A DNA stretch of 64,000 nt from Candidatus Dojkabacteria bacterium (lineage in GTDB: Bacteria; Patescibacteriota; Dojkabacteria; SC72): NCBI GenBank assembly GCA_028694805.1, contig JAQVKD010000001.1:25549-89548 (forward strand), written 5' to 3'. The translations under genes were made by a program, and so were the position numbers. This document shows positions 45,342-55,228 of the stretch, piece by piece. Within the stretch, counting starts at the first letter, position 1. Each line of letters begins with the position of its first letter. The notes under the pieces are model-generated. The model was not told where the DNA came from, did no database searches, and worked only from the letters and a program-made list of their open reading frames with translations.

Positions 45342-47396
45342 CTATTTCTTTCTAATTATAAACTTCTTTTGCTCTTTCTCCTTTAGTTCTATAATATTAT
45401 GCTCTTTCTCAACATCACTATTTAACAAATCTTTTCTATCACTCCACCAATCAATTCCTTCATTAGATTTAGAGTGTATTCTTCTTAATTGGAACTCGCC
45501 TTCTTTAACCTCGTTTTCAGGTTCTGAAGTCTCATTTTCAATCTCTTCTTTCTCTTTTGTACTTCCACGTGCAGCTTCGTCATCATCAATAGAAACTGTA
45601 GAAATGTCATTCTCAATATTCACCTCAGGTTCTTTTATTACTTCATTAAAACTTACTATTTTTGGAGACTTGTTTATTAAATCATCAATATTGACATTCT
45701 CTTGTAGGATGTTTTCTTCGTCATATGGAATATCAGAATAGACAATATCCTTTATTTCGTTAGAAGATTTCTCTTTTAAAACAACAATTTCATTTTCAAG
45801 TAGTTCTATTTTCTTTTCCATCTGAGTTACTACTGTCATTACATTCTCAGTATTTTTATCAAGGTTCTGGATTGCTGATAATATAACATTTAAACTTTCG
45901 TTTGGTTGTTGAGCATTTGACTGTTGAGTACTTGGTTGTTGAGTATTTGACTGCTGAGTATCCGGCTTATTTTCTTGTTTGTTATCTTTTCCAAGTCCAA
46001 TCTCTTCATAGAATTCACTTTTTTTCATTATTGTTCCATCATTACCCTCTGTTTGATTTCCAAGTACTTCAGACATAGATGACATTTTAGCTTTTGTTTC
46101 TTCGATAGGTTTCCCGATATCTTTTTCACTCCAACTAAAATTTCTTGATTCTTGTTTGATTTGATCTTGCGCAGGGTTTATAGGATTAGATAACTTTCCT
46201 GACAATTCTCTTTGTTCTTTCATTAACATCTTTTTAACAATACTTTGTTCAACTCCTGTAATTCCTCTTAATGACATGTATTGGTGAATTGATGAAGGTT
46301 CATCTGGATTAAGTGAAAGTATCATTTCTTCTGGTGTTTGTTGAAGGCTTGTACCTGAACTTACTGAACCACCTCCTCCGAAAAAGTCATTTGATGGAGT
46401 TTGAAAGTTATTTTGTTGATATTGTTGACTTCTTTGATTATATTGATCTGGATTATCGTATCTATCTATTAAGTCTCTATTCATGTCAGATGGTCTTCTC
46501 TTAGATCTGTCTCTTACATTTTCATTTGGAATAGAGTTTTCTTGTGATTGTTCTTGAGATTTTTTAGAAAGACCCCTGTTTTGAAGTATTCTATCTTGTT
46601 CTGCAAGTAAAGTTCTTTGTGCATCATATAGATTCTTCATGCCTGTTTTTTGCATAAATACATTCATATCGTCAATACTGGTAGAATCAAGTCCCATTAT
46701 TATTTTTTCTATTTCTTTTTGCTGCTCTTCGGGACTTGCCTGATGTTCTTGACCCTGTCCTTGTTGCTGGTTTTGAGGAACTTTTCCAGAATATGCATCC
46801 ATCATTGCGCCAATTCTATCAGCTCCAAACATTTTCACTAACTCAGTTGCTTTATCTCCGAACTTTTCTCCTAATGCATATCCCATCTTAGTATCGGCAA
46901 TATCAAGAAATGCTCCTATAATTCCACTGTGAGATTTCTTTACTTCTCCTACCGGACTTCCTCCTCTAAATATATTACCAACTAAATTTCCAATTACTTC
47001 ATCATTGAGTTTTTGATTCAATGCTTCTTCAAATCTTCTCCCTAAAGAAATTACATTTCCTGCTCCATCTCCTCCAACACGTTCTCTTGCATCTCTCATC
47101 AACCTTTCATATTCTTGCTGACTAATAGTAACCCCTTTTCTATCGATGATATTTAGATTGTTGGATTCTTGTCTATTTGATGTGATATAAGAAGAAATTG
47201 CACGACTAGCTGCTTCATCCGCTACTTTAGGAACGATTTCATTTACAACTTTGTGTGTCGCTTTTGACGTTGCTTCATCTATTAATTTTTGTGCATAGTC
47301 CACTGGAACAGAATTTTGTAAAGATGGTTGATGAACTTCCTGACTTCCATATGATGAAAGTTCTTTCTTTTCTGTTATTATTGGAATATTACCCAT
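45342..47396 (-). CDS. Large low-complexity / coiled-coil protein with internal duplicated helical motif
   Basis: I(M/L)xLxxxxxxxxxxxMxxxG..KxLxxEQ occurs twice; Gln-rich repeats TQQ(S/P)(N/S). Confidence 0.65.
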   Translation of the reverse strand: MGNIPIITEKKELSSYGSQEVHQPSLQNSVPVDYAQKLIDEATSKATHKVVNEIVPKVADEAASRAISSYITSNRQESNNLNIIDRKGVTISQQEYERLMRDARERVGGDGAGNVISLGRRFEEALNQKLNDEVIGNLVGNIFRGGSPVGEVKKSHSGIIGAFLDIADTKMGYALGEKFGDKATELVKMFGADRIGAMMDAYSGKVPQNQQQGQGQEHQASPEEQQKEIEKIIMGLDSTSIDDMNVFMQKTGMKNLYDAQRTLLAEQDRILQNRGLSKKSQEQSQENSIPNENVRDRSKRRPSDMNRDLIDRYDNPDQYNQRSQQYQQNNFQTPSNDFFGGGGSVSSGTSLQQTPEEMILSLNPDEPSSIHQYMSLRGITGVEQSIVKKMLMKEQRELSGKLSNPINPAQDQIKQESRNFSWSEKDIGKPIEETKAKMSSMSEVLGNQTEGNDGTIMKKSEFYEEIGLGKDNKQENKPDTQQSNTQQPSTQQSNAQQPNESLNVILSAIQNLDKNTENVMTVVTQMEKKIELLENEIVVLKEKSSNEIKDIVYSDIPYDEENILQENVNIDDLINKSPKIVSFNEVIKEPEVNIENDISTVSIDDDEAARGSTKEKEEIENETSEPENEVKEGEFQLRRIHSKSNEGIDWWSDRKDLLNSDVEKEHNIIELKEKEQKKFIIRKK

Positions 47397-47551
47397 CTCC
47401 TTTATTTTTATCCTTTATCAATGAACATTATAAATTTATCTGTAGACACACTGGATGATGTCTGAACTATGTGTATTCCCACAAGAAGTTGATGTATCTA
47501 CTTTAGACTCTATAATGTTCTATTGCTATTTCTGGTAATAATCTTAGAGAT

Positions 47552-48547
47552 TTATTTTACATTACGCAATTTATAAGGCTTCCAATCAAGTTTATTTCCA
47601 TGAACATCTGTCCATTCCTTTATTTCAAGACCACAATTAGGACAATATGAACTAGATTCTTCTATTCCTTGGTTACATATTGGACAATTTTCTTTTTTTG
47701 GTATTTTTTTATCTATATTGCCAATACTTCCCTTCATATCTTCGAAATACTTCTTCAGTTCTCCAACTTCGTTTCTTAGACATTTTCCATCTTCACATAT
47801 AGTATCGATCTTTTCTAATTTGCCTTTTATCGTGTCTACTTCAGTTTTCAAACATTTACCATCCTCACAGAACTGATTTACTTTACCGTTCATTTCTCTA
47901 AAAGTTTTGTTGAACTCTTCCTGCTCACGTAATTTTCTACTTATTCTTTCTACTTTTTCTTCTATGTTTACAGGATTTGTAACATACTGTTCTTCGTCGC
48001 TCACTCTTTTCACCTTCTGTATTTTAAACTTCGGTTTTATTCTTGATACAACTGCCTTTTGTTCTTTATTTTCATCCTTATTCTGTTCACTTACTTTAGA
48101 ATTTATAGTTTTCTCGACCCTATTCAGAAGTAAATTGTCCAATCTATTCATGTCTTCTGATTGATTTTTCTCCGACGTTAAAGTAGAATTGTCTTTTTTG
48201 ATATCAATCTCAGACAATTCTTTATTTACAATTGATGAATTCGATCCTGACAAAGTTTTTGGTCGTTCAATTTTCTTACTTTTTTTTTCGTTAATTTCCT
48301 TGTCCAAATTGACAATTTGATCACCAACTAATTCATTTAAAATATTAGCTCCGCCAACTTTATCTTCAAGTTGTTTAATAGACAAATCCCTTAGTTCAGA
48401 ACTGCTGTTTTCTGGGATTTCTCTTTCTATCGCTTTTTCTAGCTCTAATCTGATAAAAGCACTTTTAGACATTCCCTTCTTTTTTGAAACAGAGTATAAT
48501 TTGTCATCAAAATTATCATCCGTTTTCAACGAAAGGTTTCTAACCAT
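47552..48547 (-). CDS. RHH (CopG-like) + coiled coil + C-terminal zinc ribbon protein
   Basis: NLSLKTDD..KL..VSKKKGMSKSAFIRLELEKAI; CPIC..CPNC. Confidence 0.75.
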   Translation of the reverse strand: MVRNLSLKTDDNFDDKLYSVSKKKGMSKSAFIRLELEKAIEREIPENSSSELRDLSIKQLEDKVGGANILNELVGDQIVNLDKEINEKKSKKIERPKTLSGSNSSIVNKELSEIDIKKDNSTLTSEKNQSEDMNRLDNLLLNRVEKTINSKVSEQNKDENKEQKAVVSRIKPKFKIQKVKRVSDEEQYVTNPVNIEEKVERISRKLREQEEFNKTFREMNGKVNQFCEDGKCLKTEVDTIKGKLEKIDTICEDGKCLRNEVGELKKYFEDMKGSIGNIDKKIPKKENCPICNQGIEESSSYCPNCGLEIKEWTDVHGNKLDWKPYKLRNVK

Positions 48548-48658
48548 TTAATCTGCCTCACCAGTAGCTTACCAGTTAATCTGTATAATCTGTGATTAAA
48601 TAATCCTATTCATACAGAGAGTTTTAAAATTATATACTACTCCTTATAGTATTAACTA

Positions 48659-48675
48659 GTATATAAGCTTTTCGG
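48659..48675 (-). promoter_or_regulatory. Archaeal BRE-TATA promoter
   Basis: Minus strand CCGAAAAGCTTATATAC. Confidence 0.55.
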
Positions 48676-49037
48676 TTTTTTTTATCACTTCCTTAAAAAA
48701 AAAACGGTTTTTCACTTTATTAAAATACCCGTATCCAAATATCCACTTATGTTCCAACTTATTATTTTTCCTATAGCCTTCTATCTACTACTTTATATAT
48801 AATTCTTTATAGGCTAAAAGTAGGAGAAAAAAAGGAGATATCTATTCTATCTTTTAGGAAGTATAAAAGTGAGAGACAAAAAGAGGGCAGCCGTATCGTA
48901 TAGAGTTAAAATATAAAAATATCTCTATATCCACTTACAAAAATCAATAGTATCCTATTACTTTGAAAAGATATAAATAAAGTTAGTTCTGTCCTAAACA
49001 TGGAAACATTTCCCACTTATATCACTAAGATATAATC

Positions 49038-50453
49038 CTAGTGTTTACCATTCTCTATCTGTAACTTCACACTTTTTTCTTTTAGTTTGACATTGATAAA
49101 AACTTTTTCTTGTTTTCCAGAAGAACCTCTTTTAACCAGTTCCACATTCTGATATTTTGTCATTAAACGAGTAAATTTAGCCTTTGTGAACGATTTATCC
49201 CCATTATTACTAATATACAAATCATATAACTTGTCTCTTGATATAACATTATCTTGACCTACCTGAAGATCAAAGATTTTTTCTTTAAAAATGTCTAATT
49301 CGTTTTCTTTTTCACTACTACTGTAATCATCCCATCTTTCTTTTGTCATATCATGATCATATGAAAACTTTCCTTTTGTCAGAAGTCTTTTTAACCCTAT
49401 AACTGCAAAATTTAAGAATCCTTCCATCTCTTCTTCTGTTGTTAATATGTTCATTATATCATGTGAATCACTTGAAAAATCAGTGGAAAAATTAAGTAAT
49501 ATTACCTTTTTCCACCATGCATCCGTATCATCACTAATTATAGGAAGACTATTGCATGAAAACATCAATTTAGCTTTATTTACAAATTGAAATTGCCTTT
49601 CGTGTTTTCTCTGAGCAGTGATATAGTCAAAACCTAAAAGTCTTTTAACTTCACCTGTTAAGTCAATCTTTTCAGAAGTTATGTCACTACATATATTAGC
49701 TTTCTTTCCATATAACATTGAACACTCGAATCTATCTTTTGACAATGATTGTAAACTTGACGATGATACATTATCAGAGCCACCAAGCATTTTTGTTATC
49801 AAACTAAATACTTTACTTTTTCTATTATGTCCACCTTCACCATGTATTATAACAAATTTATCATATTTATATTCAGGATATAGTGTATATCCTATGTATT
49901 CTTGAAGACATAAAAAGTCTTCATCATTTTCAACTGCTTCTCTTATGAATTTTTTAATCTCAGGACAGTTTGCACATTCGTTATAATTTATGTTAATCTT
50001 ATATAAAAAATTATAATCTGGATTATGAGGTTCCAATTTTAAGGTGTTTATGTCAAGAACTCCATTTTTAAGGTTTATTTTGTTGTTTGGTTCTATAAAG
50101 AACTTTCTCGGTAGAGTCTGAGGCTTTACCTTATCGAGAATAGATTTCCATATAACTCCGTTATAATGCTTTCCAAATATTTTGTCACACATTGATCTTA
50201 TATATTTATCTCCGTTTTCATGATAGTATCCATCAAAATATACAAACATTTCATCATTGTCCATCATGGTTTTAGAGTAGAATTTTGTTCTTATATGTAT
50301 GACAATATTATCAATCAAATTTTTAATGAATTCATTTCTATTTTTACTATCTAAATTGCTTATTTCTTCTTCGTAGCTTTTTATATTTTCCAAGAATATG
50401 CTTATATTATTAGATTCCATCAAAATCAGATATCCTCCATAACAATATGTCAC
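49038..50453 (-). CDS. P4/D5-family SF3 helicase (primase-helicase C-terminal part), atypical Walker A
   Basis: INLKNGVLD..LEPHNPDY (D5_N), LQEYIGYTL, GKKANICSD, KLMFSCNSLP, AWWKKV, C-terminal wHTH; Walker A reads GEGGHNRKS. Confidence 0.85.
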   Translation of the reverse strand: MTYCYGGYLILMESNNISIFLENIKSYEEEISNLDSKNRNEFIKNLIDNIVIHIRTKFYSKTMMDNDEMFVYFDGYYHENGDKYIRSMCDKIFGKHYNGVIWKSILDKVKPQTLPRKFFIEPNNKINLKNGVLDINTLKLEPHNPDYNFLYKININYNECANCPEIKKFIREAVENDEDFLCLQEYIGYTLYPEYKYDKFVIIHGEGGHNRKSKVFSLITKMLGGSDNVSSSSLQSLSKDRFECSMLYGKKANICSDITSEKIDLTGEVKRLLGFDYITAQRKHERQFQFVNKAKLMFSCNSLPIISDDTDAWWKKVILLNFSTDFSSDSHDIMNILTTEEEMEGFLNFAVIGLKRLLTKGKFSYDHDMTKERWDDYSSSEKENELDIFKEKIFDLQVGQDNVISRDKLYDLYISNNGDKSFTKAKFTRLMTKYQNVELVKRGSSGKQEKVFINVKLKEKSVKLQIENGKH

Positions 50454-50467
50454 CTCCTTTTTCTATC

Positions 50468-51286
50468 TTAAAAATCAGTAATTAAAGTTTGATTTTCCAT
50501 AATTTTTGACATTTCCACTACTTCTATATATTCTGGGCATTCAATCCAATTATGATTCCAACAAATTATCATATCACATTTATCGATAGGATGTTCATGT
50601 ATCAAAAAATCATAAGATGTTCTTTCTATTTCTATATTAACTTTTGATGTTATATTGTTTCTTTTCCTTAGTGCCACTATATCTGGAAACTTATGAGGAT
50701 TTATTTCTGTAATAGATACTAAGCCAAGATTTTGAGAAATTTCACTCCACATTACTCCAATTATAAATAACATTTCCATTTCATAAAGATTGTCGGTAAT
50801 TTTCATTTTTTTATTTGTGATATATTCTTCTATGAATGCTCTTACATTATAGCTTCTGTTTTTTGTGTCTTTGAAAATATTTTCCATTATTCTATATACC
50901 ACGCTATTGTTTTTGTATATAAGCGAGTTGAAATATTCTTCTATTTTGTTGTTTACTTCATATCTATCAAGATAAATGTCTTTCTTCTTTGTAGAATTCA
51001 TTTTCAGTACTTTTAAAAGTATTTTTAAGTCATTTATAAAATCAGTGTCATCTCTCTCAGATTTGAGATTAAATAATGATACTTTCATTATTTCATATGC
51101 ACATCTTCCACATATTCTAAGACAATCCTCATCAGAGAATATTTTAGGATTTGATTTGTTATTATATACCCTCTTTTTAAGTTTATCTGAATAAACATCC
51201 CAAATATCTACGTTATAATCACTTCTATTACCACATAAATCACATTTGTCGTGAGATGAATGATATAATCCGTACATTTTAATCAC
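50468..51286 (-). CDS. Zn-finger + PD-(D/E)xK restriction-endonuclease-like protein
   Basis: CDLC..CGRC; FPDIVA..IEIERTS.DF..H.H....CDMIICW. Confidence 0.7.
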   Translation of the reverse strand: MIKMYGLYHSSHDKCDLCGNRSDYNVDIWDVYSDKLKKRVYNNKSNPKIFSDEDCLRICGRCAYEIMKVSLFNLKSERDDTDFINDLKILLKVLKMNSTKKKDIYLDRYEVNNKIEEYFNSLIYKNNSVVYRIMENIFKDTKNRSYNVRAFIEEYITNKKMKITDNLYEMEMLFIIGVMWSEISQNLGLVSITEINPHKFPDIVALRKRNNITSKVNIEIERTSYDFLIHEHPIDKCDMIICWNHNWIECPEYIEVVEMSKIMENQTLITDF

Positions 51287-51307
51287 TCTTTTAGCACTCT
51301 CTTGAAT

Positions 51308-51511
51308 CTATTCCACCTTTATTTTGTCTATCCCTTCCATTATAGCCATGTTAGCTATTTCTTGCATAGGTTTTCTGATACCTCTAAGAAGAAATTCAGC
51401 TTGTTTTCTCATAATGAGATTATGAGCATCATCGCTAACTATCACATGCTTATCTAACTTCTTATTATCATTATTTCCATTATTATTTACATTATCAATA
51501 TTATTTAACAT
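51308..51511 (-). CDS. Small RHH-like regulator
   Basis: KHVIVSDDAHNLIMRKQAE..PMQEIANMAIMEGI; GGAGGTGA SD. Confidence 0.65.
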   Translation of the reverse strand: MLNNIDNVNNNGNNDNKKLDKHVIVSDDAHNLIMRKQAEFLLRGIRKPMQEIANMAIMEGIDKIKVE

Positions 51512-52123
51512 AGGTCACCTCCACTAATTTAATTTGATTAAAGCTTAAATACTCTTAAAACTATTTAAGGCTTGCGTTATTTTCATGTTCATTATATATA
51601 TATAATAGAGGTGGATAATAACAACGAGGTTTCTTGTTTTCCGGCGGGTTAGCGGTTAGAGTCAAATTAATAGCTCCATAGGCTTTGGATATAGGATGCA
51701 CTTAGTTTTGAAGACAGATTCTGACAACGTTTAGCCTATTTTTGAGTAACCCGTTACAAAGGCTTTAATAAAATATACTTTATATATTATTTAAATAAGT
51801 AAGATAGAACTCTATTCACTTGAGGAACCTGTTCTCACCTGTTATTCTCTTTGGAATACCATTTTCATTTATCATTTGATTACATAGAAATGTTCCAGTA
51901 CTTAGATATATTTTTCTAGTGTACATCTTTCTATACGGACTCATGCCAAAATATCGTGTTGAATATGTCATTTTTTCACTCTCTCTTTTATTCTCTTTTT
52001 TTCACACACTTTACTTCTTTATATTGGCAGATGAAATAGTTGGACGAGTGGGGATTCAAAAAAGAAACCATTTCATCTTTTGCCATAAAAAAATAAAGAA
52101 TTGAATGCAATATATTTATGATA

Positions 52124-52495
52124 CTATTCCTTTTTTTCTTTGATTGTTTTCTTCACATCTTTTACGAATTCTTTTACACAGGAATCTAACAATCCAAATT
52201 TAGATGTATCTGATGTTGAAAACACAACTACTGATTCCTGAGACGAAGCAAGGTCTAGACCACATATTATAAATTTGCTGACATTAGAATATGCAAAATA
52301 TACATCAATTCCTCGAATTATAGCTTTAGCAACATGTCTTTCTAATATATCCGGACTGATCTCTCGATGTTCGGATGAAGATAGATGTATCACATATTCA
52401 CGATCATCTATCTTTACAAATTCATCGTTTTCGTCCATTTCTATCATTTCTGTGTTCTTTGTATCATTTATAAACAGACTTCTTGTTATCTTCAT
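52124..52495 (-). CDS. Hypothetical protein
   Basis: ORF with GAGGTGA SD. Confidence 0.6.
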   Translation of the reverse strand: MKITRSLFINDTKNTEMIEMDENDEFVKIDDREYVIHLSSSEHREISPDILERHVAKAIIRGIDVYFAYSNVSKFIICGLDLASSQESVVVFSTSDTSKFGLLDSCVKEFVKDVKKTIKEKKE

Positions 52496-52549
52496 TGTTG
52501 ATCACCTCACATTGAATTTTTCTGCGACGACTTGATGATATTTTCCCTT

Positions 52550-52951
52550 TTATTTTGCTTTTATATCTAATAGCCATTTGTTCATTAAATCACATGTTCC
52601 AGGATCACAATCCATAACACACCCAGTGCACGGTGAAAATCTTCCACTATCTGAAAGCAGTGCATAGAATTTTGTTTGATTGACAAATTTACTGTTGTTA
52701 ATGTCACACTTTTCAACCATATATGTTCCCCCTTTGACTTTTCTTCTTTTTATAAGTCCGTTGTCTTCAAGGACTTTCATTAATTCAGAACAGTATCTTC
52801 TTTTGATTCCTAGTTCTTTCCAAATATTACTCTGAAGAGCAGGTAGCATTATTAATAGCTTTTCTTCTAAATCAGCTTTAATTCTTTTTCTGTCAGCTTT
52901 CGAAACGTTGCATGCTCCTTTCTTCGGTTTTGGAATCCTTGTTTTTTTCAT
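52550..52951 (-). CDS. TFE-beta / RPC34-like winged-helix protein with C-terminal Fe-S cysteine motif
   Basis: LQSNIWKELGI..RYCSEL.K.LED.GLI.R wHTH and FSPCTGC..DCDP..C.LM..W four-Cys motif as in euryarchaeal TFE-beta. Confidence 0.75.
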   Translation of the reverse strand: MKKTRIPKPKKGACNVSKADRKRIKADLEEKLLIMLPALQSNIWKELGIKRRYCSELMKVLEDNGLIKRRKVKGGTYMVEKCDINNSKFVNQTKFYALLSDSGRFSPCTGCVMDCDPGTCDLMNKWLLDIKAK

Positions 52952-53115
52952 TATTTTTATTTTCTCCTTATTTTTTTATTTTATATTTTTCATTTTTTAT
53001 TGTAATGTTTGCATTTACTACTTTTAGTTATTTCGCTTATATTGTTACAGTTTACGCATTTATATTTACACATAAAATTCTCCTTCAAAAATATAGAATG
53101 GAGTTTAGAACTCCA

Positions 53116-54915
53116 TCATTTTTGAGAATCTATTCTCTTCAGCTCATCACACATCTGAGTACATGCTGTTTTCAAATCTACCCCGTCAAACGGAGTTACA
53201 GCCGCAACCACTCCAATGCTTCCTATTGATACTACACGATACTTTTTATTACTTGGTGGAGATTGAGTTACAGTTATCGTGAATATATTACTTGTGATTG
53301 ATTTGTCTAGGTTCGAGCATGTAATATTCGCAGTTCCCACGCCATTTCCAGTAACTACTCCATTAGTAACCGATGCTATGTTAGTATTATCACTGTTCCA
53401 TGCTAATGAAGGACATTTCATCACAACATCATTTGTGTTTTTACATGTAGGTGTAAGGGTAATCGTATTTCCAATCACTACTGATCCCTCACTTGGAATT
53501 GATATTGACTTCAGGACTGGTGGTAGTGGAGCTGCTGTTACTGTTACAGAACATATATTACTTGTGATTATATTACTTGAGTTCGAACATGTTATATTAG
53601 CAATTCCTTCAGTATTCCCAGTGACAACACCATTTAAAACCGATGCTATACTTGTATTATCACTTTTCCATGTCAATGAAGGACAATTCATTATACTATT
53701 ATTGCTATCTTTACATGTTGCTGTTAAGTTAACAGTTAATCCTGCTTGAACATTTGCACTGGAAGGTATTGTTATTGATGATAACACTGGAGCTGGATTA
53801 TCTCCAACTGCGTTTACTGCATCTATTCTTCCATATCCATAGAAAACATCTCTTCCTGTCTGTCCAAGATCTATTGAAGTAGTACTTAATATTGTCTTTA
53901 CATCGTTAGGACTTAGTGTTGGATTGGCTTTTAGCATCAAAGCAACCATTCCTGACACATGAGGTGTTGCCATTGATGTTCCATTTAGAGTATTATATCC
54001 TGACGGATTACATAATGGACACGTTCCCTTTGGAACAGTTGACAAAACATTGGAACCTGGAGCAGCTACCCACAACTCTTGACCTGTACTTGAAAACGAA
54101 CTTCTATTATCGTTTACATCTGTAGATGCAACTGCTATTACACTGTCATATTTGGCTGGATATCCGATAGTATTCTGAGTTCCGTTTCCATCAGAATTTC
54201 CTGCTGCAGCTACTAATACTATTCCCGCATTCTTAGCAGCATCACATATATCTTTAAGAGCTTGACTGTAAGTTCCACCACCAAAGCTCATGCTTATGAT
54301 TTGAGCGTTGTTATCTATAGCCCACTGTATTCCTGCTACAATCCAGTCATAACTTCCTGAACCATTATTATCAAGAACTTTTCCTATTATTAAATCTGCT
54401 TCAGGAGCTACACCAATAACTCCCACAGAATTGTCTTCTGCTGCTATAGTTCCCGCAACATGTGTTCCATGCCCATATCCATCGAATGGATTGTTTGATC
54501 CATCTACAAAATTACGTCCAAATTTGTAATTGTTTTTCAAGTCTTCATGGTTGTAATCTATTCCAGTGTCTAGAATACACACCTTTATTCCAGATCCTTT
54601 ATTTCCATTTTCCTGGACTTGGAGTGCTCGAATCTTACTTATTCCCCACGGAATCGTCTGAGATGATGGAGATACTGAAAGAGTCATGTCACTTTCAAAC
54701 CCCAACACATGAACATCATCTGGTGTTGTGACCTCTACATATTCCATTTGAGAATTTTTCTTTAATTGCTCGATTTTATTTTTATCTACTACGATGGTCA
54801 ATGCATCAATAGATTCATGCACCATCACAATAGATGCACCTACATCACCAACTATGTTTTCACATACAGCCATTCCACTTTTACATTTTACAATTGCTTT
54901 TACTGTTTCTGCCAT
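53116..54915 (-). CDS. Subtilisin-like S8 serine protease with two Big_2 domains
   Basis: ILDTGID, GHGTHVAGTIAA, GTSMATPHVSG catalytic triad; I9-like prodomain; no signal peptide. Confidence 0.95.
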   Translation of the reverse strand: MAETVKAIVKCKSGMAVCENIVGDVGASIVMVHESIDALTIVVDKNKIEQLKKNSQMEYVEVTTPDDVHVLGFESDMTLSVSPSSQTIPWGISKIRALQVQENGNKGSGIKVCILDTGIDYNHEDLKNNYKFGRNFVDGSNNPFDGYGHGTHVAGTIAAEDNSVGVIGVAPEADLIIGKVLDNNGSGSYDWIVAGIQWAIDNNAQIISMSFGGGTYSQALKDICDAAKNAGIVLVAAAGNSDGNGTQNTIGYPAKYDSVIAVASTDVNDNRSSFSSTGQELWVAAPGSNVLSTVPKGTCPLCNPSGYNTLNGTSMATPHVSGMVALMLKANPTLSPNDVKTILSTTSIDLGQTGRDVFYGYGRIDAVNAVGDNPAPVLSSITIPSSANVQAGLTVNLTATCKDSNNSIMNCPSLTWKSDNTSIASVLNGVVTGNTEGIANITCSNSSNIITSNICSVTVTAAPLPPVLKSISIPSEGSVVIGNTITLTPTCKNTNDVVMKCPSLAWNSDNTNIASVTNGVVTGNGVGTANITCSNLDKSITSNIFTITVTQSPPSNKKYRVVSIGSIGVVAAVTPFDGVDLKTACTQMCDELKRIDSQK

Positions 54916-54933
54916 TTAATTTCCTCCTTCTAT

Positions 54934-55193
54934 TTAATTAGACCTTGATGAACTTCCGCCCTTTCTTCCTATTCTTTGATAGAATTCTCTTCCATACCTT
55001 ATTTTAGTTACTTCACCACCTTTATGTCCATTAATAGACAGCTTTTCATGTAGTTCATCAGAAATTCCATACTTTCGAAGATTCTTAGCACGTGTATTTC
55101 CTCCTTTTTTTCCTATCTCTCTAAAGAATTCACTATCGTGCGTATCTCTTGTTTTTTCTCCGCCTTTTTTCCTGCTTCTTGTACTGTTATCAT
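54934..55193 (-). pseudogene. KGG-repeat (Em/GsiB-like) stress protein interrupted by a -1 frameshift
   Basis: MITVQEAGKK then -1 frame GGEKTRDTHDSEFFREIGKKGG...YGREFYQRIGRKGG; GGAGG SD; shift at A AAA AAG (55164-55170). Confidence 0.75.
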
Positions 55194-55228
55194 TTCTTTT
55201 AGGTTCCTCCTTTGGTTAATTTATCGAT

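Noticed and set aside
47397-47551. Possible small gene in the gap between 45342-47396 and 47552-48547
   Set aside because: No start/SD/open frame of convincing length found by hand translation
51620-51760. tRNA or IS200/IS605 omega/HEARO RNA
   Set aside because: No cloverleaf or T-loop consensus and no adjacent TnpB/IscB; kept only as a generic structured-RNA candidate
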